A stretch of 64,000 nucleotides of DNA, from contig JBHGNT010000018.1 of assembly GCA_043228905.1 (NCBI GenBank), positions 13,826,001 through 13,890,000 of the forward strand, written 5' to 3'. Shown in pieces: positions 35,316 to 47,825 of the stretch. Origin of the DNA: Azolla caroliniana. Its lineage: Eukaryota > Plantae > Polypodiophyta. Position 1 is the stretch's first letter. Every line of letters starts with the position of its first letter. The notes under the pieces were generated by a model. That model was not told the DNA's origin, ran no database searches, and saw nothing but the letters and a program-made list of their open reading frames with translations. The position numbers and the translations under genes were made by a program.

Positions 35316-38300
35316 ATGTGTCATTAGTTTACAACGTGAGACTAATAGACCCAATGAGCATTAGGGTGACCCATCATTTGCGTAAAGCCATTTACGAGAG
35401 AAAAAAAGGAAAGAACCGAAGAAGCAATCTACACGTGGTTGGGCCGATGGGAGTCTCATTTGGAGCTCTATCCCACGCCAGATAATACGAAGATTGCATA
35501 TGTCGGCCGAGAACTAGGGGGTAAGGCCGCCGCCTAGTGGTGTGGGCTCCGAACTTTGGGGAAATTGGCCGACACCTGGATAGATTTTGTCACAGTTTTC
35601 AAGGGCCAATGTCTGCAACCTCCATCTCGAACCGAGGTAGCACAACCATTAATGAATCTCTCTAGCCGTAAATTTTCTTCGCTAGAAGACTATGTCTACC
35701 ATGCTAGAACCCAAATCCAAAAATCGGGTCTAGAAGGGGCCAATTGATTAATAGCTTATTTTGTCAATGGCATCCCCAATTCAGACTATCATTGGATAGT
35801 GCACGATAAGGATCCAAAATCCTTCGTTAGGCCGTTGAAATAGTTCTTCGCTATCAACGCACTTCGAAGAAGGACCATAACAAACCCAATGAAGCGCCCG
35901 GGACTAAGCAGTCGCAATTCGCTGGGAAATGCAAGACACTCAACAGATTCATGAATCATGATTGTAAGCGACAACATCCTTTTTGCGTATTCTACAAAAA
36001 GAAGGGTCATACAAAAGAACAATGTCGAAAGCTCCAACGGAAAGAGCACGACAACAATGCAAAAGTTGGAGACCATAAATGTAAGATTCCTAATGTCCTT
36101 GAGTTCTATACACATCATTTAAGTAATTGTCAATGTTCTTTCCCTCACTATATATTGGGACCCAATGATTTACTATGTGCAAACGGGTATATCAATGGAT
36201 CTCCCGTACAATTTTTATTTGATTCAGGAAGCTCACACAATTTTGTGAATGATCGTTTGGTTTAGATATGGGGAATCCAACCCACTATAAGTGATCACAC
36301 CTATAGGGTGCACTTGGCTGATGGAAGAGTACAATACATCAACGGGGTGATTCATTCATTAGGAATTTCTATTGATACTTATATAGAGGAAGTAGACTTC
36401 CATGTAATGAATCTATGTACCACTGACGTAATACTAGGTTATCCCTGGTTTTTTAATAAAAACTCTTCTTTATCTATTGATTGGGTTCATCATTCAATTA
36501 CTTTTGTACTGAACGATTGTACTCATTTTCTTCAATGTGTTAAAAAACAATCTCTTTCGATTGTTTCCTCTCCATAAATATCCAAGTTGTCTTGTTCTAC
36601 TTTATTTTTCTGTGTACTTGATCCGGACATTCACATTTACAATATCAATAATGTCTTGGTTCAATTATCATATTTTGAACAACAACAACAACTCGATGAA
36701 ATCTTAAATGATTTTCGTGATGTTTTTCAGAGTGAACTACCACATGGGTTACCTCCTAAACATAATATAGACCATCGTATCGATATTGTACCTAGCGTTG
36801 CACCAATAAGTATACCTCCTTATCGCTTACGTCGATCCGAAGAGGATGAGATATCTAAGCAACTCAAGGACTATTTACGAATGGTAAATCTCAATGGGGT
36901 GCACCTGCTCTCTTGGTGAAAAAGAAAGAGGGCACATGGCATGTGTGTATTAATTACTAACTCCTAAATAAGGTGACGATCAATAATTCATATCCATTGC
37001 CCCGGGTTGACAATCTAATTCACAGCCTCCAGGGAACTCGGTATTTTATGAAACTTATCTCCATACGGGCTACCATCAAATTTGTATAAGCGAGGACGAT
37101 GTTCCTAAAATGGCATTTCGTACGCGCTATGGCGTATGTGTATTAATTACTAACTCCTAAATAAGGTGATGATCAATAATTCATATCCATTGCCCCGGGC
37201 TGACAATCTAATTCACCGCCTCTAAGGAACTTGGTATTTTATGAAACTTATCTCCGTACGGGCTACCATCAAATTTGTATAAGCGAGGACGATGTTCCTA
37301 AAATGGCATTTCGTACGCGCTATGGCCATTACGAGATTTTGGTTATGCCTTTCGGTTTGACCAATGCTCCGGCCACATTTCAACAAGAAATGAATGACAT
37401 TTTCCAAGAACAACTTTAAAAATTTGTCGTTATTTTCTTGGATGATATTCTAGTTTATAGTCGTACATTAGAAGAACATGCTAAACATGTCCGCTTTGTT
37501 TTACAAACATTGTGTGACAAGCAATTCTACGCGAAGATCTCAAAATGCGAGTTCTTCAAGAAATCAATTACTTATCTTGGACATGTCATAACCGAACGAG
37601 GAGTTGAAATTGATCCTTCTCGCATCAAGAAAATCAAACTTTGGCCCACTCTTCGGAATATTCAAGAAGTTCGATCATTCCTTGGTTTTGTCGGGTTTTT
37701 GCAAAAATCCCTTTGTAATTACTCCCAATTGATGACGCCGTTTACTGATCTTCTAAAAGGTCAAATGTGTAAGTCTACAAAACATATTGTGTGGAATGCT
37801 ACACTAGACCTCGCCTTTAAGGAACTCAAGGACCTGGGTGCAAGGCTCCTTCACTTCTTTTACCCGATCCTTCAGAACCTTTTGAGGTTGAAACCGATGC
37901 AAGCGATTATGCTATAGGTGTTGTCTTATATCAAGATGGTAAACCAACAACATTCGAAAGTAAGAAACTTGATTATGCTCAATGTCGGTATACCGTTCAA
38001 GAAAAGGAATTATTTGCAGTTATACATGCGCTCAAAATATGGCGCCATTATCTTTATGGAAATTGTTTTGTGGTAACTACGGACCAAGAGTCCTTGAAAT
38101 ATTTTTGTGACCAACAAGACCTGAAAGGTCATAAGCCACGATGGGCTGATTTCATCCAGGACTTTGATTTTTCCATATGATATCGTAAATGTTCCATGAA
38201 CATTGTCACTGATGCACTACGTCGCATACGTGAAGTTAGCATGCTTAGCTTCACTGAAATAACATCAGATCTTTATGATCACTTTCGAAGAAAGTATCTT

Positions 38301-39734
38301 GATGACAGTTATTTTGTGAAATATTGGGCAAGAGTTGAGTCTGGAGCACACACCACCACATCCTCAAAGGAATCCTTCCATATTGCTAACGGTTTGCTCT
38401 ATCGTAATGGGAAGGTTTGTGTTCCAGACTTGTCTGAGCTCAAAAAGAGAATTATGTTTGAATGCCATGATGCACCCTCAACAGGGCACTCTAGAATACA
38501 TCGTACGCTCGTTCTCATCTCCACTGAATTCTATTGGCCTAAGATAATCCCTGACATACATAGCTATGTGACTAAATGTCACCAATGTCAAGTTAACAAA
38601 GCCGAGCGACTTAAAGCCACAAGACTTTTACATACCTTGGACATTCCCAATAATAAGTGGGAAAGTATATCCATGGATTTTATTGTTAGCCTTCCTTGCA
38701 CCCAAAAAGGCTAGGATTCCATATGGGTTGTGGTTGATAGACTAACTAAGATTTATTGCTACTAAATCCACGGTAACAACTCTTGAATTGGCTTACCAAT
38801 TTGTTGACGAGTTATTTCGTTTTTATGGGTTACCGATGGATATCGTGAGTGATCGAGATCCAAAGTTTTACTAGGGACTTTTGGGCGCAAGTCTTTAAGA
38901 AGTTAGAAACTACGTTGAGCATGATCTCCACGGATCATCCTCAATCCGATAGACAAATAGAACAAGTAAATCAAATTATTGAAGACATGCTTCGAGTATA
39001 CGTTGGTGCAAAACCAACAAAATGGGAACGTTATCTCCCAATTTTGGAGTTTTCCTATAACAACTCCAAGCATACATCAACGGGATATAGTCCTTTTATG
39101 TTGATGTATGGTTTTCAGCCATGAACCCCGGTTGATGTTAATATACATCATGATGAGTTGCGAAGTACGCAAAACTTTCTTCGGGATATGCAAGATATGT
39201 TGCATATTGCACGAGATAATATAAAAACTGCTCAAGATAGAGCGCGTTTTTACACCGATCATAATAGGCAACCTCGTGTATTCAACCCTGGACAGAAGGT
39301 ATTTTTACGTGTACCTCACAATTCTAAGACATTGTCTACAGGTATGTGTGCTAAGTTAGCCCCACAGTTTTGTGGACCTTTTCAAGTCCTCAAACGCATT
39401 GGTTCATCAGCCTATCGTCTCACTCTTTCTGATGGCGTTGAAATTCATCCAGTTTTTCATGTAAGTTGTCTAAAAGAACTTCTAGGTTCTGGCGACAATA
39501 CAGTGACAACTGAAACTCTGGTTACTTTTGAAGAATTATCTTCTAAACCACATGTACCAGAATGAATTCTTGATGTTAAAACAAAAAAATTGCATTCTAA
39601 AATATTACAAGAATTTAAAATTAAATAGATGGATAAATCTATCAAAGATGCCACATGGGAACGTGAAAATACTCTTAGAACTAACTTCCCTAACTTTCCA
39701 TTGCAAGAGTGCAATGTTTTAAAGAGGGGGAGTA

Positions 39735-40151
39735 TGTTATGGGCATGACCATATAATATCCCATGGTGAGAATTTGCCGTAGTATTCTATACACGTGGAT
39801 AAGTGTGAGGGTTAAACGAGAATGTAAAGAAGGGGAGGATTACTTTTAATCCTCGAGATTGAGACAACCCATTAGGCCAAGTGTGAACTTGCTAGGGGGC
39901 CTTGTGTCGATCTCTTGACTATGTCGAGACTCTGTTTCGTGGTGGGTCAACTCCTGTAGCGAGTGTGCCAGCACCAAGTATGTCTCAACGCCACAACAGT
40001 GGTATGGGATGCCAATCGAGGCTCGAGTCCGTTTCGATCCCTTCGCTCGGGGGTAGTCGGGTGGATCGGCACCCTTCTTTCTCTCTCTCCTTTATTATTT
40101 CATATATATTTTATCCTTATCATATGATGACGTTAGATCATAACTCTAACA
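39735..40151 (+). repeat. 3' LTR of chromovirus C
   Basis: Follows the PPT; homologous to 3627-4073 but lacks the TATA-containing segment. Confidence 0.9.
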
Positions 40152-40469
40152 AGTGCTTTGTAACTAATGCCTTTACCCACTCTTCACCCATTTCATACTT
40201 GACCTGGAGAGTGTCCATTGCGTGACCCGGAGAGTGTCCATTGCGTCTTTGGCGGTTTAGGCGTTGAGTTCGAGCTGAGCTATCCGGAGTTCGTATGAGG
40301 TGTTTAGTTGGGAAACCTTCGCCTGCATTAATTCCGCATGTTGTTGATACCTTCAGAGGATTCGATTCTTTTCCTCTTCCAGTTCTTGTTGGTACCGTTC
40401 CGAATCTCATTCCCGGTCTTGTTGTGTAGAGGTCCGTAGCTCGTGGAGGGACTTCGACAATCTATATTT

Positions 40470-43400
40470 TATGAAAGTTAATGTGCGGAAGCTTAAACAA
40501 ACCGGCTCAGTCAGATAGCAACAGAAAACAAAACTAAGGTTTAATGGAAAGCTTAAATTACACACAAAGAGTACGCAGAAGAGATAGAGAGAACAGAACA
40601 TCATAAACTTAAGCTCAAGTTACAAATAATTACTTTTTACTTACAATGTGCTTAGTGAGCACTTTTATACAAGTCCTTAAAAGGACTTACAAAAGTATTG
40701 TCGAGTACTTCAATGCTCGTACTATGCTACTGACACTAACTCCTAGGATTAACTACTTAGTAGTCTAGGAGTGTAGACCTCCAACGGCCTACTGGTTCAC
40801 ACGTGGGTCCGACTCTCTTCTCCGGGCACCGATCTGGCTCTTGTTCCGGATATCGATCCGGCTCTAGCTTACTCAGCCGATGTAGATAAGGTTGAGCTTG
40901 TCCGCTCAACACTCCCTCGCAAGCTCAACTTTGACGATCCTTGTAGTCGGCTTTTCCTGGCATCTTCTCGCCAATCGGTCATGCCGAACTTGGACAACAT
41001 ATTCAACACGTAATGTCTCTGACACAACAATATGCCATTGGGGGTATGGATCACTTCAATCCTGAGGAAGTAATGAAGGTCCCCTAGGTCCTTCATTTTG
41101 AATGCGTTCGACAGTTGGGACTTCACAGAACCGATTTTAGCGAGTCCAGGTCCGGTGATGACTAGATCATCGACGTACAACAAGATACATACCAGACCTT
41201 GTAAACCTTTCTGTATGAACAGGGAAGAGTCGGAGTTCGAGGCCGCAAACCCCAGCTTACGCAACTGATGCGTGCTCTTTGAATTCCAAGTACGGGGGCT
41301 TGCTTCAGGCCGTAAAGTGACTTCTTGAGTCGACACACTGTTGACTTGTTCATCTCTGACTGAAATCCGGGGGGCTGGATCGTGTAGACCTGTTCTTCAA
41401 GATCGCTTTGAAGAAACATATTCTTCACGTCCATTTTGTGAAGATGTCATCCCCTTGCTGCAACAACCACTAGCACCACACGAACTGTAGTCATCTACAC
41501 TACTGGAGCAAAGGTGTCGTCGTAGTCGATTCCGTGGGTCTTCGCATATCCTTTGGCCACTAACCGGTTGACCGAACTGTCAACATTATACTTTACCTTG
41601 TACACCCACTTGCAACCGATTGGTTTGCAATGCCCGGGAGGGTCAACCAAGTCCCATGTGTTGTTGGCATCAAGTGCCCGCATCTCTTCCTCCATTGCAG
41701 CACGCCAATGTGCGTCCCTTGTTGCTTTGGCGTAGCTCTCCGGGTCACTCCTTCCGCCACTTTCGTGATGTACACATAGTGATGTGCCATGTAGTCATTA
41801 TAAGCATATCATTTGACAGGGTTCTTCTGGAGGGTAGATCAACGTAACTTCTCGTTGGCTGATTTGAGGGCCCTCTTGGCCGGCTCAGACTTTGTTCCTG
41901 AAGGTTCGTCTTGGTTCTTTCTGGAGTTGCCAGTGTCATACTTCGGCATCTTCTTCTTCCCCTTCTCCTTGCACATGAACTGTCTCATCAGTTCCTTACG
42001 CGGGGAGAGCACGACCAAGTCTCCACTGCTTACCGACTCTTCATCTGACTGGTCATTCCGACTTAGTCGCCCATTTGGCCTGGCCCACTAAGCTGGAATG
42101 AGATCGGACTCTCGCCCAGAGTACTGAATCCTTCTTCATCTTCTGCCTGGATCATTTTGAGCTCACTGGCCTCATCTTCCGCAATTGGATTGGAGTTGAA
42201 TATCAGAGTCGGTAGAGAGTACCATGATGCTGACTCATCAAATTCGACATCTCGGCTCACTAGAACTTGTTTTGTTCTGGGTTTATAACACTTATAACCG
42301 TTTTGCTCATGTGAGTAGCTGACAAGGATGCAGTTCTCCAACTTCAGGTTCAACTTTCTCTACTTCTCATCCGACACATGCACATATGCAATGCTACTGA
42401 ATATCTTAAGGTGCCTTAAATTCAGCTTCCGCCCGAAATACAGCTCGTGTGCTGACACCTTATCCCCAATCCAGTTTTGGATGTAGACGGCCTTCTGGAC
42501 CGCTTCAATCCAGTAGAAGTTGGGCATGCTCTTCTCTTCTAGCATTGCCTGTACTGCATCCGCAATTGACCGGTTCTTCCTTTCAGCCACCATTTTGTTC
42601 CGGTGTGTATCTATTCCTAAATTCTCTTTGAATTCCGTTTTTTTGCAATAACTGTTGAATTGTTCGGAAAAGTATTCTTTTCTGCCATCAGACCGTAGGC
42701 ACTTGATCTTCCTCTCCGTTTCCCATTCAACAAGACTTTGCAGGTTCCGGAAACAATCAAAGACTTCTCTTTTCGTCTCTATGAGGTAGATCCATGTGTG
42801 CCGGTTGTAGTCGTCGATGAAGGAGACGAAAAATCGGCTCCCGCCAAGACTAACATTTTGTGTCAGTCCCCATACTTCCAAATGTATCAAGTCGAGCTTG
42901 TTACGACTCAGGTTTCTTTCAGTGGGGAATGGAAGCCGATGTTGCTTCCTGAGCTGGTAGGCTTCACATATTTGGGCCTTCCGGCCACTGAATTTTGGAA
43001 ATCCGAAAACTACCTGTTTGATTGCAGGTCTTGAATCCTCCTATAGTTGATGTGGCAAATCCTCTTGTTCCATAAGTCAATATCTGACTCGCCCTTTGCA
43101 AATAAAGAGGTGTCGCGGAAATCCGCGCTTGCATGTCAGATCCGGGCGGGACCCCCAGGGTCATGAACCAGGATGGGAGGAGTTGCCGTATTGCCAGCCG
43201 GTTTGATCCCGGATATTCTACGGATGCAACCGGTAACCGCACTGGAAGTGAGAGGGCGCGCCCTCGTCCTTGCCGCCCTTCACGCCGGTATGTACAAGGG
43301 GCCGAAAAGAGGCACGGGACACGGCCCGGTTAACCGCGCACGCACACACACATATACACACCCAGTTACAGCCGGTACCTCTACATTGACGACCACACAC

Positions 43401-46400
43401 ACACCCGCTCCCGGACCCACGCTCACCGGAGACACACACACACCGGAGACACATACACACAAAACACTCACTGCGACGCGAGTTCCACGCGGAAAGGAAG
43501 AGGGAGCTTGCATCCTAGGACCGGTTGGGGAGCTCTCAAGCTTGTTTGCGCAACGAGACCCTCGTGCAGGGCCCGCCTCTTCCAGAGTGATCACCTCCTA
43601 TGCCAAGACGCCTTCAGGGAGCGCACGGGCTCGCTGAACTGAGTGGGGTCTTGCGCGCCAAGGAGGGAGACCTGCCAGCGAACCACCTAGCATGCGGGCT
43701 CCGCATAAACGACAAAAGCCAACACCTACACACACAGACGTATCGGATCGTGGAGTACTGAGAACCAACGAACAAGAACATAGGAAAAGTGTAGACAGAT
43801 GGTGTCGAAACCCTAACAGTGAATAGAGACAACACACACACCAAGATGAAACCCTAACAGAGAATAGAGAAAGACGTTATACACAGAAATTCATTAACAC
43901 TAATCGGAACCTCAAAACGAGGAACCAAACTGTTTGGGACCCAATGGGTAGGAACCCTTGTACAAGAAGTGAGCCCTCCCTTTTATAGAACAAGGTGAGT
44001 GTCGCGTGACTATGTGGGATAAATCTCGTGATACATGGCATCGTCCGTCCCGACTTTATTGCCGCTCGGCATCATAAAGGCGCCCCCATTTCCCTATACA
44101 AGTTTTACAAGAGTGGGTGCACATGGCGCACCTTGCCGATTCCTCCGATTTTCCCCGATTTCTCACGATGTCTCGGAATCTTCACAACGGTACCAACGTC
44201 ATTGGTGTTGAGGATAAACATCCTCCCATCGTGGCGACCTTGTGCGCTAACTTGGCCCTCTTCCTTGAAGAAGCACCCGAGGTGTGTAAACCGAACTTGC
44301 ATCCCCTAGTCCACGATCTGCCCGATCGATACCAAGTTCTTTGTGATTGTTGGGACGTGTAAAACGTTCATCAACTTTCCCTTTTGTCCCACATAACTTA
44401 AAGGGCCTTCTCTGGCATCCACTATAGGGTGATGATTGTCGTTTCCGGTTTCGACAACTCCTGGTTGCTCCGGCTTTTCCAGAAAGGAGAACCACTCTTC
44501 CTGGCTCGTCATGTGGTTAGATGCTCCGGAGTCAACATACCACACTTCCTTCGATCCGGAAGTGGTCTTCTTCATCGAGTTCACCTCTTGTGTCATCACA
44601 AAGGCTGGCCCTTTTCTGGTCTTTCCGGTTCCGGATCCTTCAGAGCCTTCATCGTAGTGCGAGCTTTGCCGGCTCCCTTGTTCGTTCTTGCCGGATCCAG
44701 ATTTATCCGAATCGGTGCGCTTCTTCCAGCACTCGCTCTCCCGGTGTCCTTTCTTGCCACAATACTAGCATTCCGTGTCGGCCTTCCCTTGCCGGTTTTC
44801 GCGCCGCCTTGACTCCCCATGCTTGTGGACGGTCCAGAATTGTTGTTTGCACCGTCTCTGTGCCTCCGATTTTTCTCTTGCTGGCTGCCTCCATTGCGTG
44901 CCGACCCACCTTTTCCTCCATTCCCACTGGCCTGATCCGCCGTTGTGTACAACATCCGGTTGTCCGATTGAGTGGTCCTTGACCCACTCGCGTGGTTTTT
45001 TTTGACAATCAATATCAATTGCAGGTCAACGAAGGATGATGGCTTCTCCCGAGTGGAAATCACCGTCCGGATTGGCCCGTACCGTTTTGCTAGAGCATCG
45101 AGGCAGATCTAAACCATCTCATCCTCGTCCATCGTCACGTTGATGGAATTGAGCGCATTGCAGATCTCCTTAATGTTGGTGGTGTAGACGGTGACCGACA
45201 TGTCCCTTTGCCGGATAATGTTGAGCTCCGGATCCTTCTGGCCCTTCATCGTAGTGTGAGCTTTGTCGGCTCCCTTGTTCGGTCTTGTCGGATCCGGATT
45301 TATCTGAATCAGCGCACTTCTTCTAGCACTCGCTCTCCCAATGTCCTTTCTTGCCACAATACCAGCATTCCATGTCGGCCTTCCCTTGCTGGTTTTCGGC
45401 GCCGCCTTGACTCCCCCTACTTGTGGAGGGTTCAGAATTGCAGTCGGTACCATCTGTGTGCCTCCGATCTTGCTCTTGCCGGCCACTTGCGTGCCAACCC
45501 ACCTTTTCCTCCATGCCCACGAGCCCGATCCGTCGCAATGTACAACATCTGGTTGTCCGATTGAGTGGCCCTTGACCCATTCACATGGTTTTTTTCAACA
45601 ATCAACATCGATTGCAGGTCAACGAAGGACGATGGCTTCTCCTGAGTGCAAATCACCATTGGGATTGGCATGTACCGTTGTGCTCGAGCACCAAGGTAGA
45701 TCTAAACCATCTCGTCCTTATCCACCGTCACGTTGATGGAAGTGAGCGCGTTGCAGATCTCCTTAATCTTGGTGGTGTAGACGGTGACCAACATGTCCCG
45801 TTGCCAGATACTGTTGAGCTCTTGTTGGAGCTGCAACTTCCGAGCCATGGTACTTGTGGTGAAAATCTTCCGAAGACTTTCCTAAGCCTCCTTCGGTGAC
45901 TTTGCGTCTCTGATGTATCCGAGCATCTGGTCGTGCACACAGGACACAAGGCAATACAACACTCTGCGTGCTCCTTGCTCCCATGCCGGGAAGTGCTTGT
46001 GGGCCGAATCTGGCGTTGCTACATTTGCTCCTTTCATGTAGCTCCAGTATCTATGCCCAACAAGTATTAATGAATTTTATATGACACATAGTTGCTCCGG
46101 TTGAGCTTTTCCATAGGAAGCGAGCTCGCCATACTTCTGTCCATATCTTCCTTCTTTTCGGTCTGTGCTTTTCCGGAAGTTATGGTTCGTCTATGTAAAT
46201 CGCTTGTCGGCAGTAGAGGTTCTCAACCCTCCCACTCTGATACCATGTAAAGAATAATGTGTGGAAGCTAAGACAAAACCGGGTAGTCTGGATAACAACA
46301 GAACACAGAACGAAGGTTTAATGGAAAGCTTGAATACATGGGAGAGATAGAGAGAGCAGAACAACATAAAACTGAATTCAAAAAAATAACACTTTGTAAC

Positions 46401-46674
46401 TACAAATGTCCTACAAAACTTTTTTTATACAAATCCTTGAAAGGACCGACAGAAAGTACCGACAAGTACTTCAATTCTCATACGAGCGATTGACACTAAC
46501 TCTAAGGAATCTGGCCTACGTACTAGGCTAGGATTGTAGGCCTCTGACGGCCTACCGGTGACAATCCTATCCATCTCTCCGATCTGGATACCTATCCGAT
46601 TCTCCATTCTGGATAACGATCCGGCTCAGGCTTATTCAGCCGATCCGGATCCGGTTGAGCTTGTCCGCTCAACA
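40470..46674 (-). mobile_element. Ty1/Copia element G, decayed and probably chimeric
   Basis: Related but diverged LTRs at about 40470-40911 and 46246-46674. PBS TGGTATCAGAG 46235-46245 (minus). Gag from 46132, WYVDSGASNHMT, INT, RT (LLYVDDL); most of RNase H is deleted. No TSD. Confidence 0.85.
43111..44189 (-). mobile_element. Solo LTR inserted in G pol
   Basis: TGTCGCG at 43111 and TTCACAAC at the right end. Right part is homologous to solo LTR 61631-62354. Host frame DVGT|SLFAKG is restored on removal. TSD degenerate. Confidence 0.75.
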
Positions 46675-47205
46675 CACGTGAATCGTCTCCTCGGTTCCTT
46701 GCACAGGGAAAGCATGGTCGAGTCTTCATGACTCGGCGACTCATCATCCTACTGGTCTTTCCGGCTTAGCTCTTCATTCGGCCCGCTCAAGCGAAATGAG
46801 ATTAGACTCTCGTTTCGAGTACCGAACTCTTCTTCATCATCTTCTGCTCGGATAATTTTGGGCTCCATTGGAGCCGGAGTCAGTAAGGAGTACCATGATG
46901 CCATCTCCTTACTCGAACTTGTTTGATTCGAGGGTGATAAACCTTATACCCCTTCTATTCATGTGAATAGCTGACTTAAAAATGCACTTCTCCAACTTCG
47001 GGTCCAACTCTCTTCGCCTCTCGTTTGGCACATGCACATAGGCAATACTGTTGAATATTCTCAGGTGTCGTAAATTCGACATTCGCTGACACCTTCTCCT
47101 CGACCCAATTTTGAATGTAGACGACCGTCTAGACCGCTTCAACCTAGTTGAACTTGGGCATGATCTTCTCTTCCAACATTGCCCATGCTGCCTCGACAAT
47201 CGATC
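46675..47205 (-). pseudogene. Integrase fragment of another G-family Copia
   Basis: RSIVEAA, NLRHLRIFNSIAYVHVP..RRELDPK.EKC; paralogous to 42050-42570. Confidence 0.8.
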
Positions 47206-47279
47206 CAATAACTTGTGAATTTTAGACCATGAGGTCGATACAAGGAGTGTAAGCGGTATACAATCGGTGGGTCTATGTG

Positions 47280-47825
47280 AGAGGGAGAGTGAGAGTTAAA
47301 GAATAGAAATTTGAGCCAAGGAGAGAGAGAGAGAGAAAGATACAAAGATGAGAGAGATACATATGTACAAAGTTTAGAGAGAGAGAGAGAGAAATATTAA
47401 AAAATAATTCATATTAAGAAACTTAAAAGGTAATACAAAGAAAAGGGATCATCAGTGCATAGGACCATTTAGAATTTTAGAGGTTTATCTAGGGAACAAA
47501 AGGGATAAGAGAGAGACAGAGAGACAGAGAGACAGAGAGAGACAGAGAGAGAACACAAGGACTATATTCAACAATAATACTCAGTCTGTACATAAGACGT
47601 GCTCAGTGAACACTTTTATACAAGCCCTAGAAGGACTGACCGAAGTACTGACAGTACTTCAATGCTCATCAAGAGCTCCTACACTAACTCCCAAATATAT
47701 TCCTCACGGAATATCTTTCCTAACGACCTCCCGGTTTACGCACTAGGCCTAACCGATCGGTCCCAACCAATCCGGTCCTCGGCTTCTTCAGCCGATCCGG
47801 CCGATGTTGAGCTTGTCTCTCAACA
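47280..47825 (-). repeat. GA/GACA simple repeats and a partial G-family LTR (right end 47825)
   Basis: 47600-47825 aligns with G LTRs (CACTTTTATACAAG...GTTGAGCTTGTC..TCAACA). Left boundary unresolved. Confidence 0.65.

Larger units (their letters stand above)
33729..39720 (+). pseudogene. gag-pol of chromovirus C, interrupted by solo LTR 33900-35315
   Basis: Gag frame is continuous across the solo LTR (SALEAR|VISLQRE). PR DSGSSHNF; [15 protein letters not shown] and FLDDIL; RH; INT (WESISMDF, FCGPF); chromodomain-like tail. Confidence 0.88.
3627..40151 (+). mobile_element. Ty3/Gypsy chromovirus C, full length but decayed, hosting D and a solo LTR
   Basis: LTR pair 3627-4073 and 39735-40151 (TGTTA..TAACA). 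TSD AGTGT/AGTGC. PPT AAAGAGGGGGAG at 39721. Domain order gag-PR(DSGSSHNF)-RT(FLDD)-RH-INT-chromodomain-like tail (ILD...DATWE). Confidence 0.9.
2269..40469 (-). mobile_element. Gypsy-like element B, 3' part only (3' LTR 2269-2834; extra-ORF remnant 2990-3626 and 40152-40469), split by element C
   Basis: LTR is TGTTA(2269)...TAACA(2834). The minus-strand frame runs across the C insertion (...EEWVKALVTKH|*QNLNLKVEVALTQSWKDW...). The protein and the sequence next to the LTR are homologous to the 3' end of Gypsy D. Confidence 0.7.

Noticed and set aside
43133-43844. Cluster of ORFs up to 154 aa
   Set aside because: GC-rich, CA-repeat-containing interior of a solo LTR; no protein features.
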